32,000 bases of DNA from Desulfotalea psychrophila LSv54 (GCF_000025945.1 NC_006138.1:720001-752000), one strand, 5' to 3'; positions 18,393 to 28,196 are shown, counted from the first letter of the stretch. Numbers and translations: made by a program. Notes: generated by a model from the letters alone, not told the origin.

Positions 18393-19711
18393 ATGGATGG
18401 AAAAAATTCTCTTGATTATAACTTTCGCTTTCGCGATTGTTTTCTGGGGGCGCAGATGCTCTTTGTCGCCTTTGGTGCCCTGGTACTTGTGCCGATTTTA
18501 ACGGGACTTGATCCCAATGTATCACTTTTTACAGCGGGTATTGGTACCCTCGTCTTTCAGGTGATCACCAGGGGGAAAATTCCTGTATTTTTGGCATCTT
18601 CCTTCGCCTTTATTGCTCCTATTATATATGGGGTCCAAACCTGGGGGGTGGCGGGAACCATGTGTGGTCTTGCTGCTGCCGGTGTCTTTTATATTATTTT
18701 GAGCTTTTTCGTTCGTTATTTTGGTACAGGTATTGTGCATCGATTACTGCCTCCGGTGGTAACCGGTCCCGTTATCATGGTCATTGGTCTGGTGCTGGCC
18801 CCCGTGGCGGTCCATATGGCCACCGGCCGAACAGGTGATGGCTCTGCCTGGTTGGTGCCTTCGGATACCGCGGCTATCATTGCCGGTGTCTCTCTGGTGA
18901 CCACTATTTTGGTAACTCTCCTGGGTCGAGGCTGGTTAAAGCTTGTGCCCATCATGTGCGGTATAACCGCAGGCTATATTACCTGTCTTGTCCTTGATTT
19001 CAGCGGTTATACGTGCCACGTCATCAGGCCGCCTTTGATCCAGGCGTTTTGGCCAACTACACATCTTCTCAGCTTCTATCTTTAAAGCCGATCACCGATA
19101 GTGCCTGGTTTGCCATACCTCACTTCACCTTTCCCGAGTGGAACTGGAGTGCCGTGCTCTTTATTGTCCCTATTGCCATTGCCCCTGCTATTGAGCATTT
19201 TGGCGATGTACTGGCCATTCGCTCTGTTACCGGAAAGGACTATTTGGAAGAGCCCGGAATCCAAAATACCCTGCTCGGTGATGGAGTTGCCACCTCCATA
19301 GCCTCTTTTCTCGGTGGTCCCCCAAACACCACCTATTCCGAGGTGACGGGAGCGGTTGCCTTGACCAAGGCCTTTAACCCTGCAATTATGACCTGGACTG
19401 CCCTGACAGCAATTCTCTTCTCCTTTGTGGGTAAGATCGGTGCCTTTCTTGCCACTATTCCAACTCCTGTCATGGGTGGAATTATGATTCTGCTTTTTGG
19501 TATGATTACCGTAATCGGTATTAATACCTTGGTGAAGGCAGGCTCTGACCTTAGTCGTCCCCGTAACCTTGTTATTGTCTCTGTTATTTTGGTATGTGGT
19601 ATTGGTGGGATGAAGTTTACTGCCGGTGCGCTTGCCATTGAGAAGATTGGTCTTGCCGGTATACTTGGCGTGCTCCTCAATCTTATTTTGCCAGCAGAGC
19701 GTGAGGAATAG
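18393..19711 (+). pseudogene. uraA: NCS2-family uracil permease (UraA/PyrP-like) split across two reading frames
   Basis: The ORFs 18384..19085 and 19013..19711 are the N- and C-terminal halves of one uracil/xanthine permease (FLGAQMLFVAFGALVLVPILTG... then ...AWFAIPHFTFPEWNW...IEHFGD...GGPPNTTYSE...). They lie in frames that differ by 1. The overlap window for the frame switch is 18998-19085. The likely start is ATG 18393, with GGAG 8 nt upstream. Confidence 0.75.
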
Positions 19712-19841
19712 AGCTTTACTCGACATAAGAGCATAAATTGTATTGAAAAATAGGCACATTTAGGGTTCTTTTGGGGCTCTTGGTGACAGTTTTTTACTAT
19801 TGTGTGGTGTCTGGAAAAGACATCACTTTTTTGGAGACATT

Positions 19842-21728
19842 ATGGATTTCCCTATTGATTTAAAAGAATATACCCCGCTGAAGTTTGATCTTGGTCAGAC
19901 AGAGATGACCGATGAACAGCGTCAGACATTGAAGAAAAACATTGATGTTGTGCGGGATGGTCTTGTCTTTTTCACAGCTCTTGCCAATGTAAAAAGCCTT
20001 GGTGGTCACACCGGTGGTGCCTTTGATATTGTTCCAGAGCTTCTCATTGTTGATGGCTTTATGAAGGGCAGTGACTCCATTGTTCCCGTATATTACGATG
20101 AGGCGGGTCACCGTGTTGCTATTCAATATATGATGTCCGTACTCAATGGATATAATGATGCTGAGGCTCTCTTTCACTACCGTGAGTTTGGTAAGGGTTT
20201 TTATGGTCATCCCGAGCGTGACGAGAGAGACGGTATCTTCTTCTCCTCTGGTCGTCTTGGTCATATGTGGTCCCATGTAAATGGAGTGGCTGAATTTGAT
20301 CGTGATAAGACCCTTGTCATGTTTGGTAGTGATGGCTCTCAGATGGAAGGTGACGATGCCGAGGCAGCTCGCTATGCCGTTGCCCGCAATCTGAATGTTA
20401 AGCTCTTTATCGATGATAATAATGTGACCATTGCCGGCCATCCCTCAGAGTATATGAAGGGATATGATCTGAATAAGACCCTGAGTGGTCATGGTCTTAC
20501 CGTCTCCGAGGGAGACGGCGAAGAGCTCGATGGGCTCTTTGCCCGTATTCAGCAGGCCTTTACTCAGAGCGGTCCCGTTGCCGTTATCAACAAGCGTCCC
20601 ATGGCTGTTGGGGTTAAGGGAATTCATGGTCTGCCCAAGGGACATGATGTTATTCCGGTAGACATGGCCGTTGAATATCTCACTGCCCGTGGCCAAAACG
20701 AGGCAGTTTCTTACCTGCAAAACTTCAAGACCGAAAAAACTAAGCGAAGCTATCTGGGTTCAAGTCCGGAGACCGCCAAGAGCCGTGATGAGTTTGGTAA
20801 GATCGTCTGTGGTTTGCTTGACGAGATGAAGGAACCGGAGAAAAGGGTACTGGTGGTTGATTCTGATCTTGAGGGATCCTGTGGTCTGCATCATATTCGT
20901 AAGAATCATCCGGAGGTCTATGTCAGTGCCGGTATCATGGAGCGTAATAACTACTCCGTTGCGGCAGGCTTTGGCTCAGAGGCTGGCCGCCAAGGAATTT
21001 TTGGTACCTTCTCTGCCTTTCTTGAGATGTTGATCTCTGAGATTACCATGGCTCGTCTTAACAGAGCTAATGTTCTGGCTCACTTCTCCCACGCTGGAGT
21101 GGATGAGATGGCTGATAATACCTGTCACTTTGGTATTAATAACTTCTTTGCCGATAACGCCCTGGCCGAAGACGATAATACCCGTCTCTACTTCCCGGCG
21201 GATGCCCTGCAGATGAAGGCTATCCTGCAGAGAATCTTTCATGATATGGGTCTGCGTTTTGTTTTCTCCACCCGTTCAGCCACTCCATTTCTCCTGTCAG
21301 AGAGTGGTGAGAAGATCTACGGTGAAGGATACTCCTTTGAGCCTGGTGAAGATGAGATCATCCGTGAAGGTAAGGATGGCTATATCGTAACCTATGGTGA
21401 GATGACCTATCGTTGCCTTGATGCCATTGAGCAGTTGAAGGCCGAGGGCATTGAGGTTGGTTTGATTAATAAGCCAACCCTGAATGTTGTCGATGAAGAG
21501 ATGATCGCTAAGGTGGGTGCAAGCCCACTGGTACTGGTGGTTGAGAGTCAGAACACCAAGACCGGTCTTGGTTCTCGTTATGGTAGTTGGTTGCTTGAGC
21601 GTGGATTTGCTCCGAAATACTCCCTGCTTGGCACCTCGCGTCCGGGCCAGGGTGGCATTAGTGAACAACTTGATTTTCAGGGCATTGATGTCGACGGCAT
21701 CAAGGCTAAGATTAAGGCCATGCTTTAA
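19842..21728 (+). CDS. transketolase-family ThDP enzyme (divergent)
   Basis: The protein is colinear with transketolase. GGHTGGAFD matches SGHPGA, GHPERD matches GHPE, and GSDGSQMEG...FIDDNNVTIAG matches the ThDP motif GDGCMMEG...YDDNGISIDG. Pyrimidine-binding and C-terminal domains follow. I prefer ATG 19842 (GGAGA upstream) over the track start at 19800. Confidence 0.78.
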   Translation: MDFPIDLKEYTPLKFDLGQTEMTDEQRQTLKKNIDVVRDGLVFFTALANVKSLGGHTGGAFDIVPELLIVDGFMKGSDSIVPVYYDEAGHRVAIQYMMSVLNGYNDAEALFHYREFGKGFYGHPERDERDGIFFSSGRLGHMWSHVNGVAEFDRDKTLVMFGSDGSQMEGDDAEAARYAVARNLNVKLFIDDNNVTIAGHPSEYMKGYDLNKTLSGHGLTVSEGDGEELDGLFARIQQAFTQSGPVAVINKRPMAVGVKGIHGLPKGHDVIPVDMAVEYLTARGQNEAVSYLQNFKTEKTKRSYLGSSPETAKSRDEFGKIVCGLLDEMKEPEKRVLVVDSDLEGSCGLHHIRKNHPEVYVSAGIMERNNYSVAAGFGSEAGRQGIFGTFSAFLEMLISEITMARLNRANVLAHFSHAGVDEMADNTCHFGINNFFADNALAEDDNTRLYFPADALQMKAILQRIFHDMGLRFVFSTRSATPFLLSESGEKIYGEGYSFEPGEDEIIREGKDGYIVTYGEMTYRCLDAIEQLKAEGIEVGLINKPTLNVVDEEMIAKVGASPLVLVVESQNTKTGLGSRYGSWLLERGFAPKYSLLGTSRPGQGGISEQLDFQGIDVDGIKAKIKAML

Positions 21729-21763
21729 TCGGCTGAACGCAATATCTTAGATAGCAGTGTAAT

Positions 21764-21801
21764 CAGCCTATATTCTTATGGAATATAGGCTGTTCTTTTT
21801 T
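21764..21801 (+). terminator. rho-independent terminator of the transketolase-like gene
   Basis: 12-bp stem cagcctatattc / gaatataggctg, followed by ttctttttt. Confidence 0.75.
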
Positions 21802-21814
21802 GAGGTGGCTGAAT

Positions 21815-22504
21815 ATGGCAGATGAAAAAAATCTTGTTTTACGTCTTGGCGGAAATGGCAGGACCTTGCTTACCAGTGATGGAAAAATTGTTCATCCTCC
21901 TGCCGGTTGGAAATTACTTCCCCCCGGTGATGCCGGTCTTACCCGCAGGGTAAAGGCCATGGGCTCGCACTGGTTGGTTCAGGAAAAACGGGGTCGTCGT
22001 ACCTATTCAAAGGGGATTTGGGCCAAGGGTTCTCATATAGTTCATGCCCGGGAGGAGATCGAGGCCAAAAGAGCCACCCCTGCCTACATAAAAAAGATGG
22101 CTACCGATGTAAAGAGGCGTGAAAAAAAGCAGGAGGAGTATGTGGACGACTTTCATCAGGCCATCCTTCTCTATTTGCAGTTTCATCGTCGTCACAGTAT
22201 GATAGCAGAGAAAATAGCAGGTCAGGTGGCCCGGCATGCAACTCCTGTGGGTAGTGGAACCGTTGCCAGGACTCAACGTATTCCCCTGGAAAAACGAGCG
22301 GAGGCGGCCGTTATTGCCTGGATGCGACATAAAACCACTGCCTATGATCAGATGAGTATTGCCCAAGTGAAGGGCAGACGTCGTGAGGTGCGCCGGGAGT
22401 TGGCCCATCAGTCTGTTAATCTCTTGGCCAGATATCGTCAGGGAGATGATATTCCGCTGACCTGTCCTCTCTATCGGGCTGTAGCTATTACATCTCCGCT
22501 CTAA
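21815..22504 (+). CDS. DUF2293 domain-containing protein
   Basis: The block ARHATPVGSGTVARTQRIPLEKRAEAAVIAWMRHKTTAYDQM..KGRRREVRREL matches the DUF2293 signature as I recall it. ATG 21815 has GAGGTGG upstream. The track start at 21800 is TTG. Confidence 0.65.
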   Translation: MADEKNLVLRLGGNGRTLLTSDGKIVHPPAGWKLLPPGDAGLTRRVKAMGSHWLVQEKRGRRTYSKGIWAKGSHIVHAREEIEAKRATPAYIKKMATDVKRREKKQEEYVDDFHQAILLYLQFHRRHSMIAEKIAGQVARHATPVGSGTVARTQRIPLEKRAEAAVIAWMRHKTTAYDQMSIAQVKGRRREVRRELAHQSVNLLARYRQGDDIPLTCPLYRAVAITSPL

Positions 22505-22878
22505 TAGCTACGATCACGAAAATTTATGCCTTTTTACATTTGCGCTTATTTGAATATATGCTAAAAGAGTGTTTTACTTTTTTTTGCCTGATTTTGCGTT
22601 TACGATTTTCGCAGAGTCGGGCCTCTGTTATTTCAGCTGTAGCCCTCAGTAGCATTTTAAAAGATTAGCATGGACGTTATTGTGATCTTTTATTGTGCTC
22701 TTTGTTGATATTTATTGTCGTCGATCTGTGAAGATTGATCTGGATAAAGATTGTTGACCTTGTTTTAACGAAAGTGTTGAGAGGTGATGTTTTTGCGCAG
22801 GTTATTGGTCAGCCAAAGCTCGCGTTCAGGTGTCTCCGACTGTAGTTTTTAAATGAAAATCGTTTTGAGGAGAGGAAA

Positions 22879-23943
22879 ATGCGCTTATTTAAGGTACTGT
22901 TGGCAATTGCTCTGACCATGCTTGTGGTAGGAACATCTCAGGCAGCTAAAAAAGAAACCAAGGTGGGTTTTGTCTATGTATCTCCAATCGGGGATGCGGG
23001 ATACTCATATGCCCATGATCTTGGCAGACAGGCCGTTGCTAAAATGCCTGGTGTTTCAACATCCTATGTTGAATCTGTTCCAGAAGGTCCCGATTCAGAG
23101 CGTGTTATTTCGAATATGGCTCGTAAAGGCTATGATGTGATTTTTTCCACCAGCTTTGGCTATATGGATCCTACCCTGAAGGTTGCTAAAAGATTTCCTA
23201 AGACAGCTTTTCTGCACTGTTCCGGTTTTAAAAAATCTGCAAATATGGGTAACTATTTTGGCCGTATGTATCAGGCCCGTTACCTCTCAGGTATGGTTGC
23301 CGGTTATATGACCAAGAGCAATACCATCGGTTATGTAGCTGCCTTTCCTATTCCCGAGGTAATTCGTGGCATTAATGCCTTTGCCCTTGGTCTGCAGTCC
23401 GTTAATCCTCAGGCTGTGGTTCGTGTTGTCTGGACCAAGACCTGGTACGATCCTGCCACCGAGAAAGAGGCTGCAAAATCTCTTCTTGACGTAGGTGCCG
23501 ATGTGATCGCTCAGCATCAGGATTCCCCGGGCCCACAGGAAGCTGCTCAGGAAAAAGGTGTATACTCAATCGGTTATAATTCCGATATGTCAGTTTTTGC
23601 TCCTAAATCTCATCTCACAGCCCCTGTCTGGAACTGGGCTCCTTATTACACCAGTGTCGTAAAAGAGGTTCAGGCCGGTACCTGGAAGGCGGATTCTGCA
23701 TGGCTAGGACTTGAGACCGGGGTTATTGCCCTTGCTCCCTATGGGGATATGGTTCCACAAGATGTTCGGGACGCGGTTGAAGTACGTAAGCAAGAGATTG
23801 CCAGCGGCAAGTACAAGGTTTTCGCAGGTCCCATTGAGGATCAAAGTGGTAAAGTGCGAATTGCTTCAGGAAAAACTGCAAGCGACGAGTCTTTGCTCGG
23901 TATGATGTGGTTTGTGAATGGTGTTGTTGGTACCACCGAATAA
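22879..23943 (+). CDS. BMP-family (PnrA/Med-like) ABC transporter substrate-binding protein, nucleoside or purine type
   Basis: A signal peptide ends in SQA. KVGFVYVSPIGDAGYSYAHDLG and the later GYVAAFPIPEVIRGINAF blocks are typical of BMP lipoprotein-family binding proteins. GAGGAGAGG lies upstream. Confidence 0.88.
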   Translation: MRLFKVLLAIALTMLVVGTSQAAKKETKVGFVYVSPIGDAGYSYAHDLGRQAVAKMPGVSTSYVESVPEGPDSERVISNMARKGYDVIFSTSFGYMDPTLKVAKRFPKTAFLHCSGFKKSANMGNYFGRMYQARYLSGMVAGYMTKSNTIGYVAAFPIPEVIRGINAFALGLQSVNPQAVVRVVWTKTWYDPATEKEAAKSLLDVGADVIAQHQDSPGPQEAAQEKGVYSIGYNSDMSVFAPKSHLTAPVWNWAPYYTSVVKEVQAGTWKADSAWLGLETGVIALAPYGDMVPQDVRDAVEVRKQEIASGKYKVFAGPIEDQSGKVRIASGKTASDESLLGMMWFVNGVVGTTE

Positions 23944-24019
23944 CGCAATTTTAGGATGTCTCCTTCAGCCTATGCGTTGAGGGAGACGTGCAAATATTCT
24001 CTTTTACACGGATACGTTG

Positions 24020-25078
24020 ATGCTTCAGTTACGCGTCGCGAAAAGACAGGAATCTCTTGGCTGGGGTTCCTTTTTTGTTTTACTCGCAGCCCTTGCCCTC
24101 TCCCTTGTCCTGAGTGGTTTTCTTCTCTATCTGCGAGGAACACCACCCCTTGATGGGCTCATTGCCATGTTCACAGGTGGCTTCGGCTCCAAGTGGGCCC
24201 TTGAGGATAGTTTATTAAAGGCTATTCCCATTTTCCTCTGTTCACTGGGGGTGGCAGTTGCCTTTCGTCTTCAGGTGTGGAATATCGGGGCAGAGGGGCA
24301 ATTTGCCCTGGGAGCCATCGGCTCCACCTGGGTTGCGCTTACCTTTCCAAATTTACCGGGCTTTCTTATGCTTGCTGCCATGATCCTTATGGCGGTTCTT
24401 GCCGGTGGCGTTTGGGGGGTTATTCCCGCAATCTTAAGACAAAAGTTCAAGGCAAATGAGATCATTGTCACCCTGATGATGAACTATATTGCAATCCTTA
24501 TACTTCAATATCTGGTCTACGGTGCCTGGAAGGATCCAAGTAGTTTTGGTTTTCCCATGACCCGCGAATTTAGCGAGGCAGCCATTGTTGGTAAGATAGG
24601 TGAAAGCTCTGTCAATTGGGGATTGGCCCACTGCTTTGTCTTGGGCGTGGTCGTCTGGGCATTTTTTAAATTTACTAAAACAGGTTTTGAGCTGAAGGCA
24701 GCCGGTTCCAGCGTTCCGGCGGTAAAGTATGCCGGTATTCGTTATGACTTTCTGGTGATTTTGGTGATGGGAATCAGTGGTGCCCTTGCCGGTTGGGCCG
24801 GTTTTTTGGAGGCCTCTGCTACCACAAATCGTCTGCAACCTGCAATCATGGTGGGCTATGGCTATACGGCCATTGTTGTTGCCTGGCTTGCCCGTCTTCA
24901 TCCTCTAAGCATTGCCATTGCCTCCTTTCTTCTTGCAGGGCTTCGAGTGGGGGTTGAGAATTTGCAACTCGACTTTCAGGTACCAGCGGCCTTTGGTGGT
25001 ATTATAGAGGGACTCATCTTGCTTACGGTACTTGCCGGTGGCTTTTTCACATATTATAAAATTGTGCGGAGAAAATAG
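24020..25078 (+). CDS. ABC transporter permease (BMP/nucleoside-type, first of two)
   Basis: Polytopic membrane protein of ~350 aa directly downstream of the binding-protein gene. The NIGAEGQ motif is typical of this permease family. Confidence 0.87.
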   Translation: MLQLRVAKRQESLGWGSFFVLLAALALSLVLSGFLLYLRGTPPLDGLIAMFTGGFGSKWALEDSLLKAIPIFLCSLGVAVAFRLQVWNIGAEGQFALGAIGSTWVALTFPNLPGFLMLAAMILMAVLAGGVWGVIPAILRQKFKANEIIVTLMMNYIAILILQYLVYGAWKDPSSFGFPMTREFSEAAIVGKIGESSVNWGLAHCFVLGVVVWAFFKFTKTGFELKAAGSSVPAVKYAGIRYDFLVILVMGISGALAGWAGFLEASATTNRLQPAIMVGYGYTAIVVAWLARLHPLSIAIASFLLAGLRVGVENLQLDFQVPAAFGGIIEGLILLTVLAGGFFTYYKIVRRK

Positions 25079-25998
25079 TGGGCATTGAAATTATTATTCC
25101 TCTCCTCGCGGCAACGGTTCAGGCGGGAACGCCTGTGCTTTTAGCCACTTTGGGTGAGATTTTCACTGAAAAATCAGGCGTTCTCAACCTTGGCGTTGAG
25201 GGGGTTATGCTTGTTGGTGCCCTGGCAGGATTTGTGGTATCACGCTATACCGGTGATCCTACTCTGGGCTTTTTGGCAGCAGGCTGTGCGGGGCTTCTGC
25301 TTACCTCTCTCCATGGTATTGTTTGCCTGTGGTTTCAGGGTAATCAGGTGGTTTCCGGGCTTGCCCTCACCATCCTGGGAACGGGTCTTGCCAACTATCT
25401 CGGCACCTCTTTTGTCGGCCTGTCGGCGCCTGGCTTCAGCCCTGTAAATGTACCTTTTCTCTCAGCAATTCCTGCTATCGGGCCAATATTTTTTCAGCAC
25501 GACCCGTTGGTATATGTCTCCTATCTCATTCCCTTTGTTCTCTGCTTTTTGTTTAACTCAACTCGTTTTGGCCTTTCTCTGCGTTCCGTGGGAGAATATC
25601 CGGCAGCGGCTACGGCTGCAGGCATTAATGTTAATGCCTATCGTTGGGTTGGTATCTGGGGTGGTGGCTTTTTAATGGGCCTGGGTGGTGCCTATCTGTC
25701 GCTTGCCTATACTCATATGTGGACAACAAATCTTACCGGTGGTAGAGGTTGGATTGCCGTTGCCCTTGTTATTTTTGCTTTTTGGCGACCAGGTCGTGCC
25801 GTCTTTGGTGCCTATCTGTTTGGCGGTATTATGTCTCTGCAACTTCGTTTGCAGGCCTCAGGCATAGCAGTCCCCTCGTCGTTGTTATTAATGTTGCCGT
25901 ATTTTCTCACCATTTTTGTGCTTGTCCTCTCATCCTGGCGTAAGAGTTCCAGTGATGAACCGGCGGCTCTTGGGGTGAACGTGGAACCTATTGATTAG
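25078..25998 (+). CDS. ABC transporter permease (second of two)
   Basis: A GTG start overlaps the preceding TAG by 1 nt (TAGTG). The protein is polytopic and the NLGVEGVML motif is paralogous to that of the first permease. Confidence 0.87.
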   Translation: MGIEIIIPLLAATVQAGTPVLLATLGEIFTEKSGVLNLGVEGVMLVGALAGFVVSRYTGDPTLGFLAAGCAGLLLTSLHGIVCLWFQGNQVVSGLALTILGTGLANYLGTSFVGLSAPGFSPVNVPFLSAIPAIGPIFFQHDPLVYVSYLIPFVLCFLFNSTRFGLSLRSVGEYPAAATAAGINVNAYRWVGIWGGGFLMGLGGAYLSLAYTHMWTTNLTGGRGWIAVALVIFAFWRPGRAVFGAYLFGGIMSLQLRLQASGIAVPSSLLLMLPYFLTIFVLVLSSWRKSSSDEPAALGVNVEPID

Positions 25999-26025
25999 TC
26001 TTGGCTGATTATTTAAGGAGAACTT

Positions 26026-26508
26026 ATGTCAGATCAGTATAAAAGAACCTATCCTATTTCTTGGGATCAGTTGCATAGAGATTCTAAGGCGCTTGCCTGG
26101 CGTCTGCTTGATAAGGATTTTTTTAAGGGAATCATTGCCATTACCCGTGGAGGTATGGTGCCGGCGGCAATTATTGCCCGAGAGTTGGATATTCACCTTA
26201 TCGATACCATCTGTATCTCCTCCTATGATTGGAAGGAGAAAAAGGGTGAGGCAGATATATTGAAGGGTTTTGATGGTGATGGAGAGGGTTGGCTTCTTAT
26301 TGATGATCTGGTGGATACGGGCAGAACTGCTGAGGTGGTCAAAAATTTGATTCCCAAGGCGCATTTTGCCACGGTTTATGCCAAGCCATCCGGCCGTCCT
26401 CTGGTTGACACCTTTGTTACCGAGGTAAGTCAGGATACCTGGATACTCTTTCCATGGGATACAGAATCTCAGTTTGCAGCACCGCTTATCGGTAGGGAGC
26501 AACGCTAG
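26026..26508 (+). CDS. gpt: xanthine-guanine phosphoribosyltransferase
   Basis: 160 aa and near-colinear with E. coli Gpt from memory. Shared blocks are [51 protein letters not shown] and [10 protein letters not shown]...DTWI.FPWD. Confidence 0.93.
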   Translation: MSDQYKRTYPISWDQLHRDSKALAWRLLDKDFFKGIIAITRGGMVPAAIIARELDIHLIDTICISSYDWKEKKGEADILKGFDGDGEGWLLIDDLVDTGRTAEVVKNLIPKAHFATVYAKPSGRPLVDTFVTEVSQDTWILFPWDTESQFAAPLIGREQR

Positions 26509-26511
26509 AGC

Positions 26512-27999
26512 ATGACCTCGTCAGCAATACGACTCGAAAACATATCAAAGTCCTTTGGTGATGTCCATGCCAACAGAGATGTTTCGTTGGATATACGCAA
26601 GGGGCGCGTCCTCGCTCTCCTCGGTGAAAATGGAGCAGGTAAGTCCACCCTGATGTCTATCCTGGCCGGACAGCTTCAACCCGATTCCGGCACCCTCTAT
26701 GTCGAGGGGGAAGCCGTTGTCTTTTCCACCACGGAGAAGGCTATTGGGGCAGGGGTGGGCATGGTTTATCAGCATTTTAAGCTGGTCGAGGCCATGACCG
26801 TTGCGGAAAATATCATCCTGGGTCGTAAGGGGAGTTTTCTCCTCAACAAGGCTGCCATGTATCGGGACGTTCAGGACCTTGCCAACCAGTATGGGATGGA
26901 TGTTGATCCCCGGGCCAAGGTACATACCCTCGCCATGGGCGAAAAACAGCAGGTTGAAATCCTTAAACTGCTCTTCCGACAATCAAATATCCTTATCTTT
27001 GATGAACCGACGGCAGTTCTCACCCCCACCGAGGCCGAAGGCCTTTTTGTGGCCATTAAGCGGATGACGGAGTTGGGCAAGGGTATTGTCTTTATCAGCC
27101 ATAAGCTGGAAGAGGTGATGCGTATTGCCGACGATGTAGCCATTCTTCGTCGTGGTGAGGTGGTTGATACCCTGTTGGTGGAGGATGTTTCATCCACCGC
27201 TGATCTTGCCGAGCGTATGGTGGGCAAGGCGGTATTGTTGGAGGTTAATCGCCAACCACTTGAGCCTCGGCAAACGGTGTTACGTGTTGATAACCTGCAA
27301 GACGAGGTGCTGAAAGGCGTTAGTATTGATCTGCGCAAGGGAGAAATTCTTGGTATTGTTGGTGTTGCTGGCAATGGTCAGAAACAGCTGATTGAAACCA
27401 TTTGCGGGCTGAAGAAGCCACGGCTAGCGGATTCGGTCAGTCTCTTTGGCTTGCACTGGAAGGAGTTTTTCAGCAATCGAAGTTGGGATCATGCCCTCAG
27501 CTATATTCCGGAAGATCGTCAGGGGCTTGCCACCTGCCGGGATCTTGATCTTGTTGATAACTTTTTGCTGACCACCAGAGAGGGGTTCACCAATGGCCCA
27601 TTTTTAGACAGGGCTGCCGCTGCTGAAAAGCTTGAACATTTGGTGGAACTCTTTGATATTCGCCCGCCCAATATTCATGCCCTTGCCTGGCATCTCTCCG
27701 GTGGTAATTTGCAGAAGATGGTCTTGGCTCGGGAGTTTTACCGGAAGCCTCGTCTGATTGTGGCTGAGCAACCCACCCAGGGACTCGATATTTCCGCAGC
27801 GGAAGAGGTCTGGAATCTCCTCCTCAAAACCCGTGAACAGGCAGGAGTGCTTTTGGTGACAGGAGATCTCTCCGAGGCCCTGGCCCTCTCCGATCGTATT
27901 GCCGTGATGTGTGGTGGCGAGGTGATTGGCACCTTCTCAGTGGATGACACCGAGCAGGTGGATAGGATTCCACAGATGATGGCTGGCATTAAGCAGTAG
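26512..27999 (+). CDS. ABC transporter ATP-binding protein with two nucleotide-binding domains (sugar/nucleoside uptake type)
   Basis: NBD1 has Walker A GENGAGKST and Walker B ILIFDEPT. NBD2 has the signature LSGGNLQKMVLARE and Walker B LIVAEQPT. Confidence 0.92.
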   Translation: MTSSAIRLENISKSFGDVHANRDVSLDIRKGRVLALLGENGAGKSTLMSILAGQLQPDSGTLYVEGEAVVFSTTEKAIGAGVGMVYQHFKLVEAMTVAENIILGRKGSFLLNKAAMYRDVQDLANQYGMDVDPRAKVHTLAMGEKQQVEILKLLFRQSNILIFDEPTAVLTPTEAEGLFVAIKRMTELGKGIVFISHKLEEVMRIADDVAILRRGEVVDTLLVEDVSSTADLAERMVGKAVLLEVNRQPLEPRQTVLRVDNLQDEVLKGVSIDLRKGEILGIVGVAGNGQKQLIETICGLKKPRLADSVSLFGLHWKEFFSNRSWDHALSYIPEDRQGLATCRDLDLVDNFLLTTREGFTNGPFLDRAAAAEKLEHLVELFDIRPPNIHALAWHLSGGNLQKMVLAREFYRKPRLIVAEQPTQGLDISAAEEVWNLLLKTREQAGVLLVTGDLSEALALSDRIAVMCGGEVIGTFSVDDTEQVDRIPQMMAGIKQ

Positions 28000-28011
28000 C
28001 AATTCCCATAT

Positions 28012-28033
28012 GAGACGCGATAAATCGCGTCTC
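28012..28033. other. GC-rich hairpin 12 nt after the ABC ATPase stop, with no U-tract
   Basis: gagacgcga-taaa-tcgcgtctc forms a 9-bp perfect stem. There is no T-run on either strand, so its terminator function is uncertain. Confidence 0.5.
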
Positions 28034-28126
28034 TACCTCACCTCCCCCTCCACTTTGCAAAATCCAAAGAACCCCTTTTCGGGACTCCCATGGAAGATGC
28101 GAGTCAGCCCCCCTATCCTCTAGGGC

Positions 28127-28192
28127 TTAAAGCTTGTGCACAGATCTTAGTGTCCGGTGTCTTGGCCACGGGATCAAGCTTGCCGAGGTCAG
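28127..28192 (-). pseudogene. degenerate duplicate of the last ~26 codons, stop codon included, of fdhA
   Basis: 28138-28178 matches 28612-28652 at 39 of 41 positions. The flanking blocks ttaaagcttgt vs ctaaagcttgt and ccgaggtcag vs ccgaggtcag also match. An 11-nt deletion and a 4-vs-5-nt replacement break the frame. Confidence 0.8.
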
Positions 28193-28196
28193 TTGC

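Noticed and set aside
28012-28033. Calling the hairpin after the ABC ATPase gene a definite intrinsic terminator
   Set aside because: The stem is good (9 bp, GC-rich) but no U-tract follows on either strand. It is reported only as a hairpin of uncertain function.
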